This document shows, in pieces, positions 52,647 through 64,000 of a DNA stretch of 64,000 bases. The notes beneath the pieces are model-generated. The model was not told where the DNA came from and made no database searches. It was given only the letters and a program-made list of their open reading frames with translations. Location of the stretch: the NCBI GenBank assembly GCA_003427395.1, contig BFEA01000037.1, positions 1,098,804 through 1,162,803 on the forward strand, in the 5' to 3' direction. The position numbers and the translations under genes are program-made. Each line of letters begins with the position of its first letter. Positions within the stretch are counted from its first letter, which is position 1. The stretch is from Chara braunii (taxonomy: Eukaryota; Plantae; Charophyceae).

Positions 52647-52733
52647 TTTGCTTCGCTGCCTCGTTCCACAACCGCAACACTCGTTTGCTTCGCTGCCTCG
52701 TTCCACAGCCGCAGCACTCGTTTGCTTCGCTGC
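52647..52733. repeat. 37-bp tandem repeat (2.3 copies)
   Basis: Unit tttgcttcgctgcctcgttccacaaccgcaacactcg. Confidence 0.9.
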
Positions 52734-54341
52734 TTCAACACTCCCGTTCCCTCTCTCATTTGCCGGTCGTCGCTGCGTGCCCGCTCTCATGTTTGCTCCT
52801 TTTCTCCCCCTATCGTTGCCGTACTCCTCATTTCGAAGTTAGCTCAGCGCACGGCCTCACAACTCGTCCTGATGCCCGCACAACGTTCGACAGCAACCGG
52901 TGAAGCATGGTGTGCTCAACCAGTTTGGTTGTTCTGCGAGAGACCACTGACGGGGCCGGCTACTAGCTGGTTCGATTAGTATCTCGCACCTATACCCACG
53001 TCCGAGGAACGAGCTGCACAGTTGTTATCGCCCCAGCCTTCGCCACGCTTTCCTCCTGTTTTCCCCTGGCCCGCCTCCTTCAAACAGACCCCACCACTCC
53101 TTCCGTTTTTTTTTTTCAGCAGACAAACCCCACTTAGGCTTCTCATAGCAGGCTGTGTGAAACGGCCCGACGCGGATCTTGGTGATAGTAGCAAATATCC
53201 AAATGAGAACTTTGAAGACCGAGGTGGAGGAGATTCCACAGGCCAGCTAGGCATTCGGCACGGCTGCACGCCTCCTCACTGTGCCCTGGATTGCTGCCTG
53301 CCTCCTCTGGCCCCGACGGGCATGCCCACTCAAGCCTTTTTGCGGCAGTTAGCGGTTGACGGACGGTGCACTCGACGATGGTCCCCGCCGTTGAGGTTTC
53401 CTCTTCGTCGTAGGTCAAATCACCCACTGGCCCGCATGCATGTTGAACTCCTCGGTCCACGTTTCAAGTCAAGGGATTTCGGTAGCATTCCGAACACGCT
53501 GAATCCGAATGGGCCCGTCAACGGAGGCACATACTCAAGGTCCTCGACTGCCTTAACGGCCACCCGTGGCCGATGTCATACCTACGGTCAAAGCATAGAA
53601 TTAAATAACAAAAATCAATAAATAATAAAATACTCATGACAATTCTAATCGTCAAAATACGATGAACCGAGGGAAAAAGAAACCGCTAATACCGTTCCGA
53701 CACCGCCGACGGTAAAACCAAGGGGAATAACCCCCACCGGGCTCTCGTCCCCATCGATCCTTCCTCATTACTCTGATATTCTCGCTTCGTCGCCGCTCGA
53801 CCTCGGATACTGCGCGACGCGCAAACCTACCAACACATTTTTAAAATCACATTGTTGTCGATGTCGTCCTTCACACGTACGCACAGGTTACAGGCAAGTG
53901 CATCAATCAAAAAACAAAATTTCTTTAATCCTTAGTTTAATAAAAAAAATATGGACGGTGACCACGCCGGCCCTTCAATCATCAACAACAAAGAGATCAC
54001 GCGTGCCTTAAGTCTGTGCGCCCACACACTCTTTACTCTAACCAACCACCTAGTCAACGTAAATCATAGACTCAGTCGCACCTCGCGCGATATACCGAAA
54101 TTTTAAACCAACCTTATTCTCTGTCACTTACAAAAACTAGGGCGGATACCCTTGTAAGGGTATTTGCACCGACATTGGGTCCCCTCCCTCTTGCTGTGAG
54201 AAGCAGGGCACATGGAAATATGATGGTGTGTCTTTCTAAATTTGAGTAGAAGATTCATTCTCATTTTCTACCTTCCGTGGCTGGTTGAGTGAGACCCCTA
54301 TCTTTTCTTTCTCTTTCTTTCTTTCTTTCTTCTTCCACAAA

Positions 54342-54661
54342 CTACGTTGTGACTTGTACTCACCCACGTACGAGTACAAGTCGTACTCATTTCTCATACG
54401 CTACTCGTACGCTAGGGTCCATACGACTTTTTTTTTTAATGGTTTTTATTTATTTTTCTCCAATTCTAATAAGAATCTGGAGATGGTGCTCCACCAAATG
54501 TTGCTTGTTTTCTGATGTTGCAGCACATATTTTATTTTCTGGTTTTTTTTATGACTTTTTTTTTTTGTACGGAGCCGTACGGGGGCGTACAGGTTGCCGT
54601 ACAGTTATTACCTGTACGTTTCGTACGGAAAAGCCCCGTACGTGTACGTTCGGTAACGTAG
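54342..54661. mobile_element. 320-bp MITE with CGTAC-rich subtermini
   Basis: TIR CTACGTT/AACGTAG; 8-bp TSD TCCACAAA/TCCTCAAA. Confidence 0.7.
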
Positions 54662-54827
54662 TCCTCAAATTCAATTTTATTTTATTGGGCTTTGTGCCCA
54701 AGGTAGTACATAGAATTAACAATAGTTCGCCAAACATGGGTCGCCTCTTTTTGTTTCTTTCACTTTTGTCTTTTTCCTTAAATTCGTTGGGATATCATCG
54801 TGGAACTAAGAGTACTTCCAAATAGGT

Positions 54828-54904
54828 CTACCTCAATGAATCTTTTCATGTTTGACATGAAGATTCTACCTCGGTGAATCTTTCCATGTTTGACGTGAAG
54901 ATTC
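54828..54904. repeat. 38-bp tandem repeat of a hairpin unit
   Basis: ctacctcaatgaatcttttcatgtttgacatgaagatt, 2 copies; gaatctt...aagattc arms. Confidence 0.85.
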
Positions 54905-55718
54905 CTTCTCATTTTGCCTATTTGTTGTTTGGGGGAGCAGGCCTCACCAATGTCACCATACTACACATGAAACGAATCAAATCTCAGTTTCGTTTCGTTT
55001 GCATACTGACTGACTGCGTTGACCTGAGTCTGAGAAGAAATCACGCTCGTGAGATGTAAGGTAGGTGTTAGAAGAGCAAGTTGTGGGTCATAGAAGAATG
55101 CTCGCCTGCACCCTTGTGATTTTCGAGGGTGCTCCAAGGATCACACGCAAGAACCGGCTCTTCACACGACTGAGGAAGAAACAAACAAATGCATTACTCT
55201 CATCTTTTCTATTCTTTTTTCTTTGTTTTTGTCTGGCAGTGTTTGTGCCAAGTTCGTTTTCCCTCCTTTCTTGTGTGGTGCAGCAGTCAAGGGGAAAACA
55301 AAATGCGGCCGGATAGCTCCCGTCGAATGTACTCCGATGCTTTCGACAGTTCTTAGCTGCGCCATCAATTTTTTTTTAAATTTGGTGAGTGGGTGCACTG
55401 GGTGATGTGCTAACAACGGTATGTTAAAAATCGGTCGAGGAACTTTATGAGAAGGGCATGAGCCACGTAAGCCCAGACCCGAAAAGCCATCGCCCCCATT
55501 AGGTTTAGCACCGTGAATTAGTCTTGTTCGGTAACTACTAGGTGAATAGGATTACAAGATCGAAGAAAGGGAGAACATGGTTAAGGAGTGAGGCGGAGTG
55601 AAGGGGGAAGTAGACGAACATCTCAAGAGCTAAGGTGGTGGGGAAGAGAGGAAAGAGAGCGACCATCGAGAGACAAAAAATGACTAAAGAAGACGAAGAC
55701 CGCAACAACAAGAAGCCT

Positions 55719-56088
55719 GTGTAACAATCATCGGGAGGTATAAACTTTGAAGAGCGCCTGATTACCGATTGCCTAATTTAAGTGATGCCTTGGACAAAGA
55801 GAAGTAGAGTAGACTTAGGAGTCATTTTGGTAACTCTGATTTTGATCTTTATTTTGAATTTGATCTTGCTCAGCGTTATGTCCCTAGTTGTTGTAATGGC
55901 TCAGTGTAACAATCATCGGGAGGTATAAACTTTGAAGAGCGTCTGATTACCGATTGCCTAATTTAAGTGATGCCTTGGACAACTAGAAGTAGAGTAGACT
56001 TAGGAGTCATTTTGGTAACTCCGATTTTGATCTTTATTTTGAATTTGATCTTGCTCAGCGTTGTGCCCCTAGTTGTTGTAATGGCTCA
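55719..56088 (+). repeat. 185-bp tandem duplication of the LINE 5' UTR including the ORF1 ATG
   Basis: 55719-55903 and 55904-56088 are near identical. Confidence 0.95.
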
Positions 56089-58600
56089 GCCTAATAACCC
56101 CCCCTCAAGCAACACTGTTCATATTAACCCTCTGAATGATGGAGGAAAGCAATGAATGCGAGAGCTTTTATCAAAGTGTTTCCAAGAGGGAACTCTGCCC
56201 AGTTGGATCGCACCGAGGATTGTAGAATCTGGTGAGGACTTCGTAAGAGTAACAGTTGATGAAGATATTAGTAGCATCCAATCTAAGTGGCTAGTAGACC
56301 ATGCGGTCTCCATTTTTTTTAATGATGAAACCTCCAACCTCCCGGTAGAGGTTAAGAGCAGACTAATACGGATGTGTGAGAGCGCATGGTTGGCAGCAGG
56401 GGCTCCCGATACCGTCCCGATTAGGGGAACACATGTGGCATCGGTCAAGCAGATAACATACTAGATGCTCAGAAAAGGAGGGGAAAGGGTAGAGCTAAAT
56501 GGTCAAACACATGAAGTAACCTTCAAATCATGAATGAATATCCATGAGTTGCAGGAATGGAAAGATGTTATGCGTCAAAAGTACTTTTGGATTCATTGTA
56601 TAGAGGTTCTGGTAATGATCCTGGGCCTCCTAAAGGGAGCGATGGAAGACGCGTTTGGTCCTGTCATTAGGGACTACCCAACGTACAAGAAACCACTCGA
56701 ACCTGACAAGATAAATGTTTGGTTTGACTTAACCCTGATTTTTAAATTGAAATATAAGAAATATCTACAAATCAATTTTAGAAGATTCGGGTCCGTCAAG
56801 ATTTAAGTTATTTGTGCCGAAACGTTGTGGTGTCAGGCTTGTCGTCGTCATTTTCATAAGGAAACAGACGACAACTGCCCAGCCAAACAAAAGCGCAAAG
56901 CAGGGTCTAAAGGGGTGGGTAATAACATAAGGAGAAACGAATGAGGAAACGATGAAGAAGATCCAAATGACGAAGAAGAAAAGAGAAAGGAGGAGGAGGA
57001 TAAGGACAAAGAGATGGGGAAGGACGAAACAGAGAAGGGTAAGGAAAAACGGGTCAAAATCACCAAAAAGAAAAAGTCGGGCTCAGATGAAGGAAGGCCA
57101 GTGGACCTGAATGGGAAAGGAAAGAAAGAGCTGCAAATGGGAAAACCACCAACCTTCAAGGAGGTGGTCAAGGGTGACTATGGGAAGGGAAAAGAGAAGG
57201 AAAAAAAATCGAAATAACTGGAGGAGGAGGAAAGGATGAGAAAAGAGGCGAGAGCAAGGTGAAAGTGGCAAAGAGGAGAGAAAAATAAGTGAAAAGGTTG
57301 GAGGAAAACTAGGAGGAGGAAAGGAGAAGCGCCGAAGAAATGGAGAGGAAGGAGAATAAAGAGGAGGAGGAAAATAAAAAGGAAGAGATCCAACAAAAGG
57401 ACGTGGAGATGGAGGACGACAAGTGGCCAGCGAAACAAAAGCGCAAAGCAGGGTCTAAAGGGGTGTGTAACGACGGAAGGAGAAACGAAGGGGGAGACGA
57501 TGAAGATGACGAAGACGAAAAGGGAAAGGAGGAGGAGGATAAGGGCAAGGAGATGGGGAAGGGAAAGCAAAGAAGGGTAAGGAAAGATGGGTCAAAGTCA
57601 CCAAAAAGAAAAAGACAGGCTCGGACGGAGGAAGGTCAGTGGACCTGAATGGGAAAGTAAAGAAAGAGCTACAAATGGGAAAACCACCGACCTTCAAGGA
57701 GGTGGTCAAGGGTGACTATGGGAAGGGAAAAGCGAAAGACGGAGAATCGAAACAGCTAGAGGAGGAGGAAAGAAAGAGAAAAGAGGGGAGAGCAAGGGCG
57801 GAAGACGCAAAGAGGAGAGAGGAAGATTTGAAAATATTGGAGGAAAAGTATGAGAAGGAAAGGAGAAGAGTCGAAGAAAAGGAGAGGAAGGAGAAGAAAG
57901 AGGAGAAGAAGAATAAGGAGGAGATCCAACAGAAGGACGTGGAAATGGATGATAAATCTTCCCCCCCAAGACAACCTAATAAAGACCTTGAACGTCAAAG
58001 CCGAAACGACCCTTGGGTCAAAACCCCAAAAGGAAAAGGACGCGGGAAAGACCTCCTCGGAGAAGGGGGATAAGTTGAAAGGCAGTGCAGGAAAATAGAC
58101 AAAAAGGTAACTACCTTCAAATTTTCAGGCATTACGACCTCGCCACCTTTTATATTTCATGGCCTTAAGAAAGAAGAAAAGAAGAACAAAGGGGCTGAAA
58201 CTAGTAAAAAAACGTTTTTTTCATGACATGTGTTCAGGTGTGATTGTCGTGCTGTTTCTTTGTCGGTTGGCGAAAAAGTATTGCTTCACATTGTTTTCAT
58301 GGGTATTTCATCAATCACCCTCGAATTCGATTCATGTGGCCTTAAGAGTGGCTTTTGGTTTCCACTCCTGGACTTCATAGATCCGAATTTGGAGGCATTA
58401 TTTAGTATTAACCTGATGCCAGGGCTATCAACCACGGACATACACGATTGGTTAGCAAGGAGAGATGCCATTTAGATAGTGGCGGGTCAGAAATTCCGGA
58501 AGCTCATTATTGCAATGAGATTTCCCGTTGAAATTCATAAAGTTCACTCGGACATTGTGGTCAACAACACTTCAGCAAAAATAAGTGTGAACCGCATCTA
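56081..58600 (+). pseudogene. LINE ORF1
   Basis: MAQPNN...KWLVDHAV...FWIHCIEV...FGPV...WCQACRRHFHKETDDNC followed by a K/E-rich tail. Confidence 0.7.
56867..57955 (+). repeat. ~548-bp tandem duplication within ORF1
   Basis: gacgacaa...aaacaaaagcgcaaagcagggtctaa starts at 56867 and 57415; GKPPTFKEVVKGDYGKGK occurs twice. Confidence 0.9.
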
Positions 58601-58626
58601 AGGATTATACAGGAAAGACCTCAGTG

Positions 58627-61612
58627 ATGGTGTTACACAATATAATTTGTATCTCCAGATGGAACATGAAAGGTTTAGGTGATACCAACAACCGATTTAA
58701 AAGACAGCGCCTCCTCTCCTGGGTACATAAAGGATCTATGCAGATTATATATCTACAGGAGACAAAGCTTGATCTTAGTAAAATACAGGAAGCAACAAAT
58801 TGGTGGAGGGACTCTCAATTTTTGACCCATGCATATTGATTAAAATGGGGTACATCGATTCTCTTACACAAGGACTTGGATTGCCAAGTGGTTCTCTTAC
58901 ACGGGAGGTAGATTTATATGGTTCAAACTGTACATAGAGGAGGAGGATTGGACCATAATGTCGGTCTATACTCCTACAATTTTTTTAGACCGAATATTTT
59001 TTTTTTTTTCCACTGCTTGCATCTGTTCCTGATACAAAAAATCTTTGTCATTTTGGGAGACTAGAATACAATTCTGAATCCTGGACTAGATTCCCCGATG
59101 TGCTCCCCACTAAGAGTTGACTCCTTATTCCTATGATTTTTTTTTGCATGGTCCAAAACCTTCCCCCCGGGCCCCCATTCTGCGTAAAATCGATTACATA
59201 CTGGCAAGAGGATCTCTTTGGGACGGATGTTGTTCTTCATAATACAGGGAAGAACTTAGATCAGTGTCAGATGACCCCCTTTCAATAATCTAAAAGACAA
59301 GGAGATACTACAATAAGTCTCTACTCAAATGGAGGGTTGGTGAAAGGTCAAGGACAAATGGGTAGGCGTGAGTAGAAACATAATTAGAGTAACATTGATA
59401 GAGTTTCAAGGATGAAAGTTGCCCACTGAACCAGGAAGGAAACAAAATTAATTAGATTAATAAAGGAGGCAGGGTCTTGATAGATATAAACCCATTGACA
59501 TACTATCACTGGAAAAAAAAAAAAAATTAGCTCTTACCCAGCTGGAGGAAGTGAAGATGCAGAAACAATCAAAAAGATTGGAATGGTTAAAACTAAAAGG
59601 AATCATAGGTTATGACAGAATGACCAAGCTAATCTTGCAGACTCTTATCTTATGACATACAAAGCCCCTCCTAAGATAACTAATACTTCCCTTTGCTTTG
59701 AAGACCCCGCCGGCAATAGAAACGGTGGACCTCTGCCACTATGCCCTCGAATATTTTAGGGGTAATGACCATCAGGCGTCCCTTTATCATTTTGATACTA
59801 ATCTGCCATAAATCTCAAACTTCAAGGACAGATCAAAGGTTCAAATTAAAAAATATGTTCAAGCTTATCCGAGTCTAGACACCCCATTAACTTAGGGAGA
59901 ACTCCACAAGGCAGTCAAAAACATGGCCCTGGGTAAATGTCCGGGCTTGGGTGGCCTACCTGTGGAACTGTTTCTCGCATCCTGGGAAGCCTTCGCTTCA
60001 TTTCTCTGCAATATCTACAACAAAGTACTAACAATAGAGACTTTACCAAAAGGGTTCGTAAAAGGAGTGATTTCTTTATTGGACAAAAAAAAGAGACAAG
60101 AGGAAAGTTAGGATTTATTGGTCTATTTCGATGTTGAACGTGTCCTTGCTAAATCTTTGGCCTTGATGTTAGCAAATATCCTTCCGGACTTTTGGTGGGT
60201 TGGGAACAGGGAGTGTTTGTTAAAGGGTGTTCAATCTTTGAGAACATCCTAACTACAATACAGGCTCTAGAGGTTATTGGGAGAGAAGAGAGAGAAGTTG
60301 TTGTATTTCTCTTGGACATGGAGATAGCATATGATAAGGTGGGTTGGGCTTTTGTCTCCACCACCCTTATCAAAATGGGCTTTGGCAAGGGGTTCTGCAC
60401 ATGGGTTAGGGCTATGTATTCACAGGCTACCTCTTCTGTAATTGTTAATGAGAGACTCTTAGAGGAATTCCAATTAACTCGGTCACTTCGGCAAGGCTGC
60501 CCCCTGACACCATTGCTTTTTGTTCTATAACTCAAAACTTTGTTAGACAGCATTAGATATAACTCAAAAACCATTGGATTGAATCTGTCTCCCACAATAA
60601 AATGGAAAAGGGGAGCAATTACGAACGATCTGACTATAGTATGTGACAATAGCACGTCAGCACTAGAAGAACTTAGATCAATGTCAGATAACTACAGTGC
60701 GTTGTCCGAGCAATCAATTAATTGTTATAATCTGTCTTTTTTCCACAAGCTTCTTACAACCTTAAAGTGGACTAGGGGTTACGCCAAGTACCCACGGAGA
60801 ACTGAGAACGTTTCTAGGGCCTCCAAGTATCACTTCCCGACTGTTCTAAATCACATGATTTAATCTTAACAGGGAAAGTGGTAGCTCGAATCTCCACTTG
60901 GCAGAGAAATCATAAACTTTCGTTTTTAGGCAGAGCTTTTATAATTTTCATGACGACACTCTCCTTGTTATGGTTTCCTTTGTTCATTGTGCGCTTGGAA
61001 CAACAAGCATAATCACAAATCAAAAGGTACGCGACAACGTACCTTTGGAAGCAAGAAGCCAAGGAAGAGGAAGTCTACATGACCAAATTGGCACGGAAAG
61101 TCATAGCTCTACCAAGAACGGAGGGAGACTTGGGTATTTTGGACTCCCGCAATCAAAACTTGGTCTTGTTAGTCAAGTGGCTAGAGAAAGCAATGTTTGA
61201 CAATCCGTTGAAACTTTGAATTTGGATCGCAGAGTATATCCTCAGCTCCGAATGAAACATGGCAATACCAAAACAGGTATGGAAATTCTTACTACTACCG
61301 TCCTTCACGAACCGTAGACCAAAATCGCAGGTATGGAAGAACATCTTATATGGTTGGAACAAACTTCTCCCACGAGATTGTAATCCACCGACTTCAAAGG
61401 GGAAAGTGCTCGGCTAGTTGCTATTTAACAATCAAAATATTTCCAAGATAAATGACGAGTGTTTTCCTGCAAGTGGGGAGGCAGGGGCCTTTGGGCGTGC
61501 CTGGGTAGAGAAGAGAGTGCTGCAAATAAAACACATATGGGACATGGAAACAGATATTTGGATCACAAAAGATAAATTACGAAGAAAACTTTCCCGCATC
61601 ATCAAATCATAA
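58627..61612 (+). pseudogene. LINE ORF2 (APE endonuclease and RT)
   Basis: SRWNMKGL...LQETKL; KIDYIL; GKCPGLGGLPVELF; LDMEIAYDKVGW; LRQGCPLTPLLF. Confidence 0.9.
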
Positions 61613-61995
61613 GTAAGATTAGACACAACACTTGCTTATCGCTAGTAAAACAATTAACGAGTGAATCGGAACATCGCCAAGTAAAGGGTTGTCAAAATGC
61701 ATGAAGGAGACTAAACACAACACTTCGACATGACTGGTAAAACAAAACTAATCAGTGAATCGGAACATCATCAAGTAAAAGGTTGACAAAATGCATGAAT
61801 GAGACTAGACCAAGCATTTGAACATAACCGAGTGAATGATTAATCACATCATGAGTGAGATTAGGCACAATACCTGCACATGACTAGTGAAGCAACTAAT
61901 GAGTGAAGCGAAACATTACCAAATGAAGGATTGGTCAAATCGTGAGTTATACTAGGTACAATACTTGCATATGACTAATAAAGCAACTACGAATG
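61609..61995. repeat. Diverged ~90-bp tandem repeat, ~4 copies
   Basis: gagaytaracacaayact...catgactagtaaa...gagtgaatcggaacatc units. Confidence 0.8.
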
Positions 61996-62001
61996 ACGCG
62001 G

Positions 62002-63365
62002 TGTCGGGGCAAATACCCTGTCGGGGATTTTAAACATCGGACGTTGTCCGACTCTTTCGTTGGATTAAAGGACTTGATGAGACTGACGTTGCCAAAAAGT
62101 TTATTCAGACCAACCCTACAACCGAAAGACTTGAATTTTTAGAACCTGACGTCGTTGACGTAGGATGTCATTGACGTCCGATCGAAACAACAGGAGTTGG
62201 CGGTACGACCTGTCATCCGTGATGTCTAGCAAGGCCGGGGAGGTACTCGGTCATGGGGATGATAAAGCTAAACTTACCCTACCTAAAACGGTCGTGCGAT
62301 TCAGGAGCACAATAGGCCAAATAACTGGCAGCGCCATGTACGTGGCCACGGCATGCGTGCCACACTGCCAGACGATCACCGGGTTGGCGGCTGCACGGCT
62401 GCCTAGCGGCTGGGGCTGCTGGGGTAGGCGAGCATAACCTGCGTGAGGCCATAAATCGATACCACGCTGGACCAAGCTCTTCATAAGGAAGAGGTGCTAG
62501 TCTTCTAATGTGGAATAGGAGCTATCCTAGTAGGATATCATACCAGACTCTTGCCCAACAGATATCGGGATCGAGCCCCGATGACATCACCACTGGGTTA
62601 GCTCCTTCAGGAGCCACCCAGACTTTTTGCCTGGCCGTTCTCGGTGGTGCGATCGATGAGATCGCGCGGCTAAAAACAGCTCCGCGCAGATTAGCGAGGC
62701 CCCTGCGCAAGGACGACATGCATAAATCGATAAATGGTCAAAAAATATATATATATATATTCCTTCGGGACTCGAACTTGGATTGGTAGCTTCGGAGCAA
62801 GGCGGAGGGGCTCTATGCTACGAGGGACCGTTGGCATAAGCAAACGAAGTAAAAAATATATATATACAGCTAAACCGCCAAGTGGCGCTCATAGAACAGA
62901 GAGGGATTTGCAGTCCCTGGGAAGGAGGAAACGGGCGTCCGTTTTCAAGGCGCCAGGTGGTTTTCAGGTAAGTTGTGGTTTTCTTTTTTTTAATTTCTTT
63001 TTCTTCTTCTTTTGTTTCTTTTTGGGTGTTACTTCGTTTCCCTTCCCCGTTCGTAATCGTTGAGGCACAAACAACAGGGAAAACGGGGAGGGGTTGGAAC
63101 GAGCAACCTAAAGACTGTATAAAAAAAAAACGCAAATAAAACAACATTCTCTTCAGACTGTGTGGGAGCACAAAGGCTCCCACTTCGTTTTGGACAGATG
63201 ACTGTGGCCATGAGATCCTGAAATCTCGCGGCCCACCGTGCACATGTGGAAAAACTGTGGGAGCTGAGTGGAGAGGGAGAAAGAAAGAAATGAGAGGATG
63301 AAAGAGAGAAGGACCTACTCCTCCCAACCTGCCAGCTACCTCCCCATTGTCAGGGGTGGAAGAAG

Positions 63366-63405
<40 letters not shown>

Positions 63406-64000
63406 GGGATCAGACATTTTTTTGAAAATCTGTATTTTTTGGTTTGCGCCAATATTGTTTTGGTGGCGTAAAACAATTTTTCGGCCTTGAATGTTTTTCT
63501 GTAGGAAGCCAGGCACCTAGGCCATGTGCATGAATCGTTTTAGATTTTTTTATTAGGCGAATATTTTTCTAAAAATCATCAAAGTCAGGGTACTTTTTGC
63601 ACCTCGCTCTGAGCCTGTCGGGATTTGAACTCGTGAATTTTCACGAGTTGTTTCCCTACCTCTCCCAATCTGACAACTCCCATCCCCGTTTTCAGGGGAG
63701 GGCAGGGGAGAAAAGAGAAAAAGAAGGTAGAAGCAGAGAAAAGGAAAAAGAAAAAGCCACGGTCACGAATGTGGCCGCGATTACGATCAGATATAGGCCG
63801 AACTGGCCTAACTGTGACTCAGGCTAGAGGCTGGGGAGTCGAAGACGTAGTGAGGGGAGCTTGGCTGGAAACAACAATTTTCCCACTAAACCTGCACTCA
63901 GTGTGGGACTGAGTGCAGGGAAACGGGAGAAAAAAAAAGGGGCAGTTGAGTACAATTGCCACCCTAAGTGTGTGGCTGAGGTGAGACAGCCTCAGTCCGT
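62002..64000 (+). mobile_element. Start of a second element related to the 12-kb unit; may run off the window
   Basis: Begins TGTCGGGGCAAATACCC vs TGTCGGTGCAAATACCC at 54174 (minus); no recognisable ORF; extent uncertain. Confidence 0.45.

Larger units (their letters stand above)
42133..54174 (-). mobile_element. ~12-kb unit with TG...CA inverted ends, putative giant LTR
   Basis: Ends TGTCGGTG / CACCGACA; minus-strand PBS-like TGGCACTGAGAGGAAG (42131-42116) and PPT-like AAGAGGGAGGGG (54192-54181); related terminus TGTCGGGGCAAATACCC at 62002. Confidence 0.55.
55719..61612 (+). mobile_element. Near full-length degenerate L1/Tx1-like LINE, 3' end lost
   Basis: 5' UTR, ORF1 with zinc knuckle, ORF2 with endonuclease and RT. 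Confidence 0.88.

Noticed and set aside
52478-53621. Protein-coding ORFs of 100-200 aa
   Set aside because: GC-rich, repeat-containing sequence open in several frames on both strands; no domain recognised

Overview
Eukaryotic, repeat-saturated window with no recognisable intact host gene. The element families and style resemble a charophyte alga such as Chara braunii (inference only). It is a nest of transposons: five Ty3/Gypsy LTR retrotransposons (one structurally complete chromovirus at 15989-24867, two related degenerate copies at 6181-14875 and 26850-41272, and two minus-strand fragments), three L1/Tx1-like LINE remnants, several non-autonomous TIR DNA elements with 8-bp TSDs, a tRNA-derived SINE, and assembly gaps. 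The most unusual part is a ~12-kb unit (42133-54174, minus strand). It has TGTCGGTG...CACCGACA ends, a PPT-like tract before it and a PBS-like motif after it, which would make it a giant LTR. It carries a decayed gag-like ORF and three arrays of repeated stem-loops. In two of them the stems co-vary between copies, and one also keeps an almost invariant 20-nt loop. Other notable items: a transposon-bounded local inversion of a protease gene, an in-phase GGGAAAC -1 frameshift site, a codon-conserved hydrophobic Gag leader, and apparent 4-bp TSDs. All calls were made by eye, without database searches.
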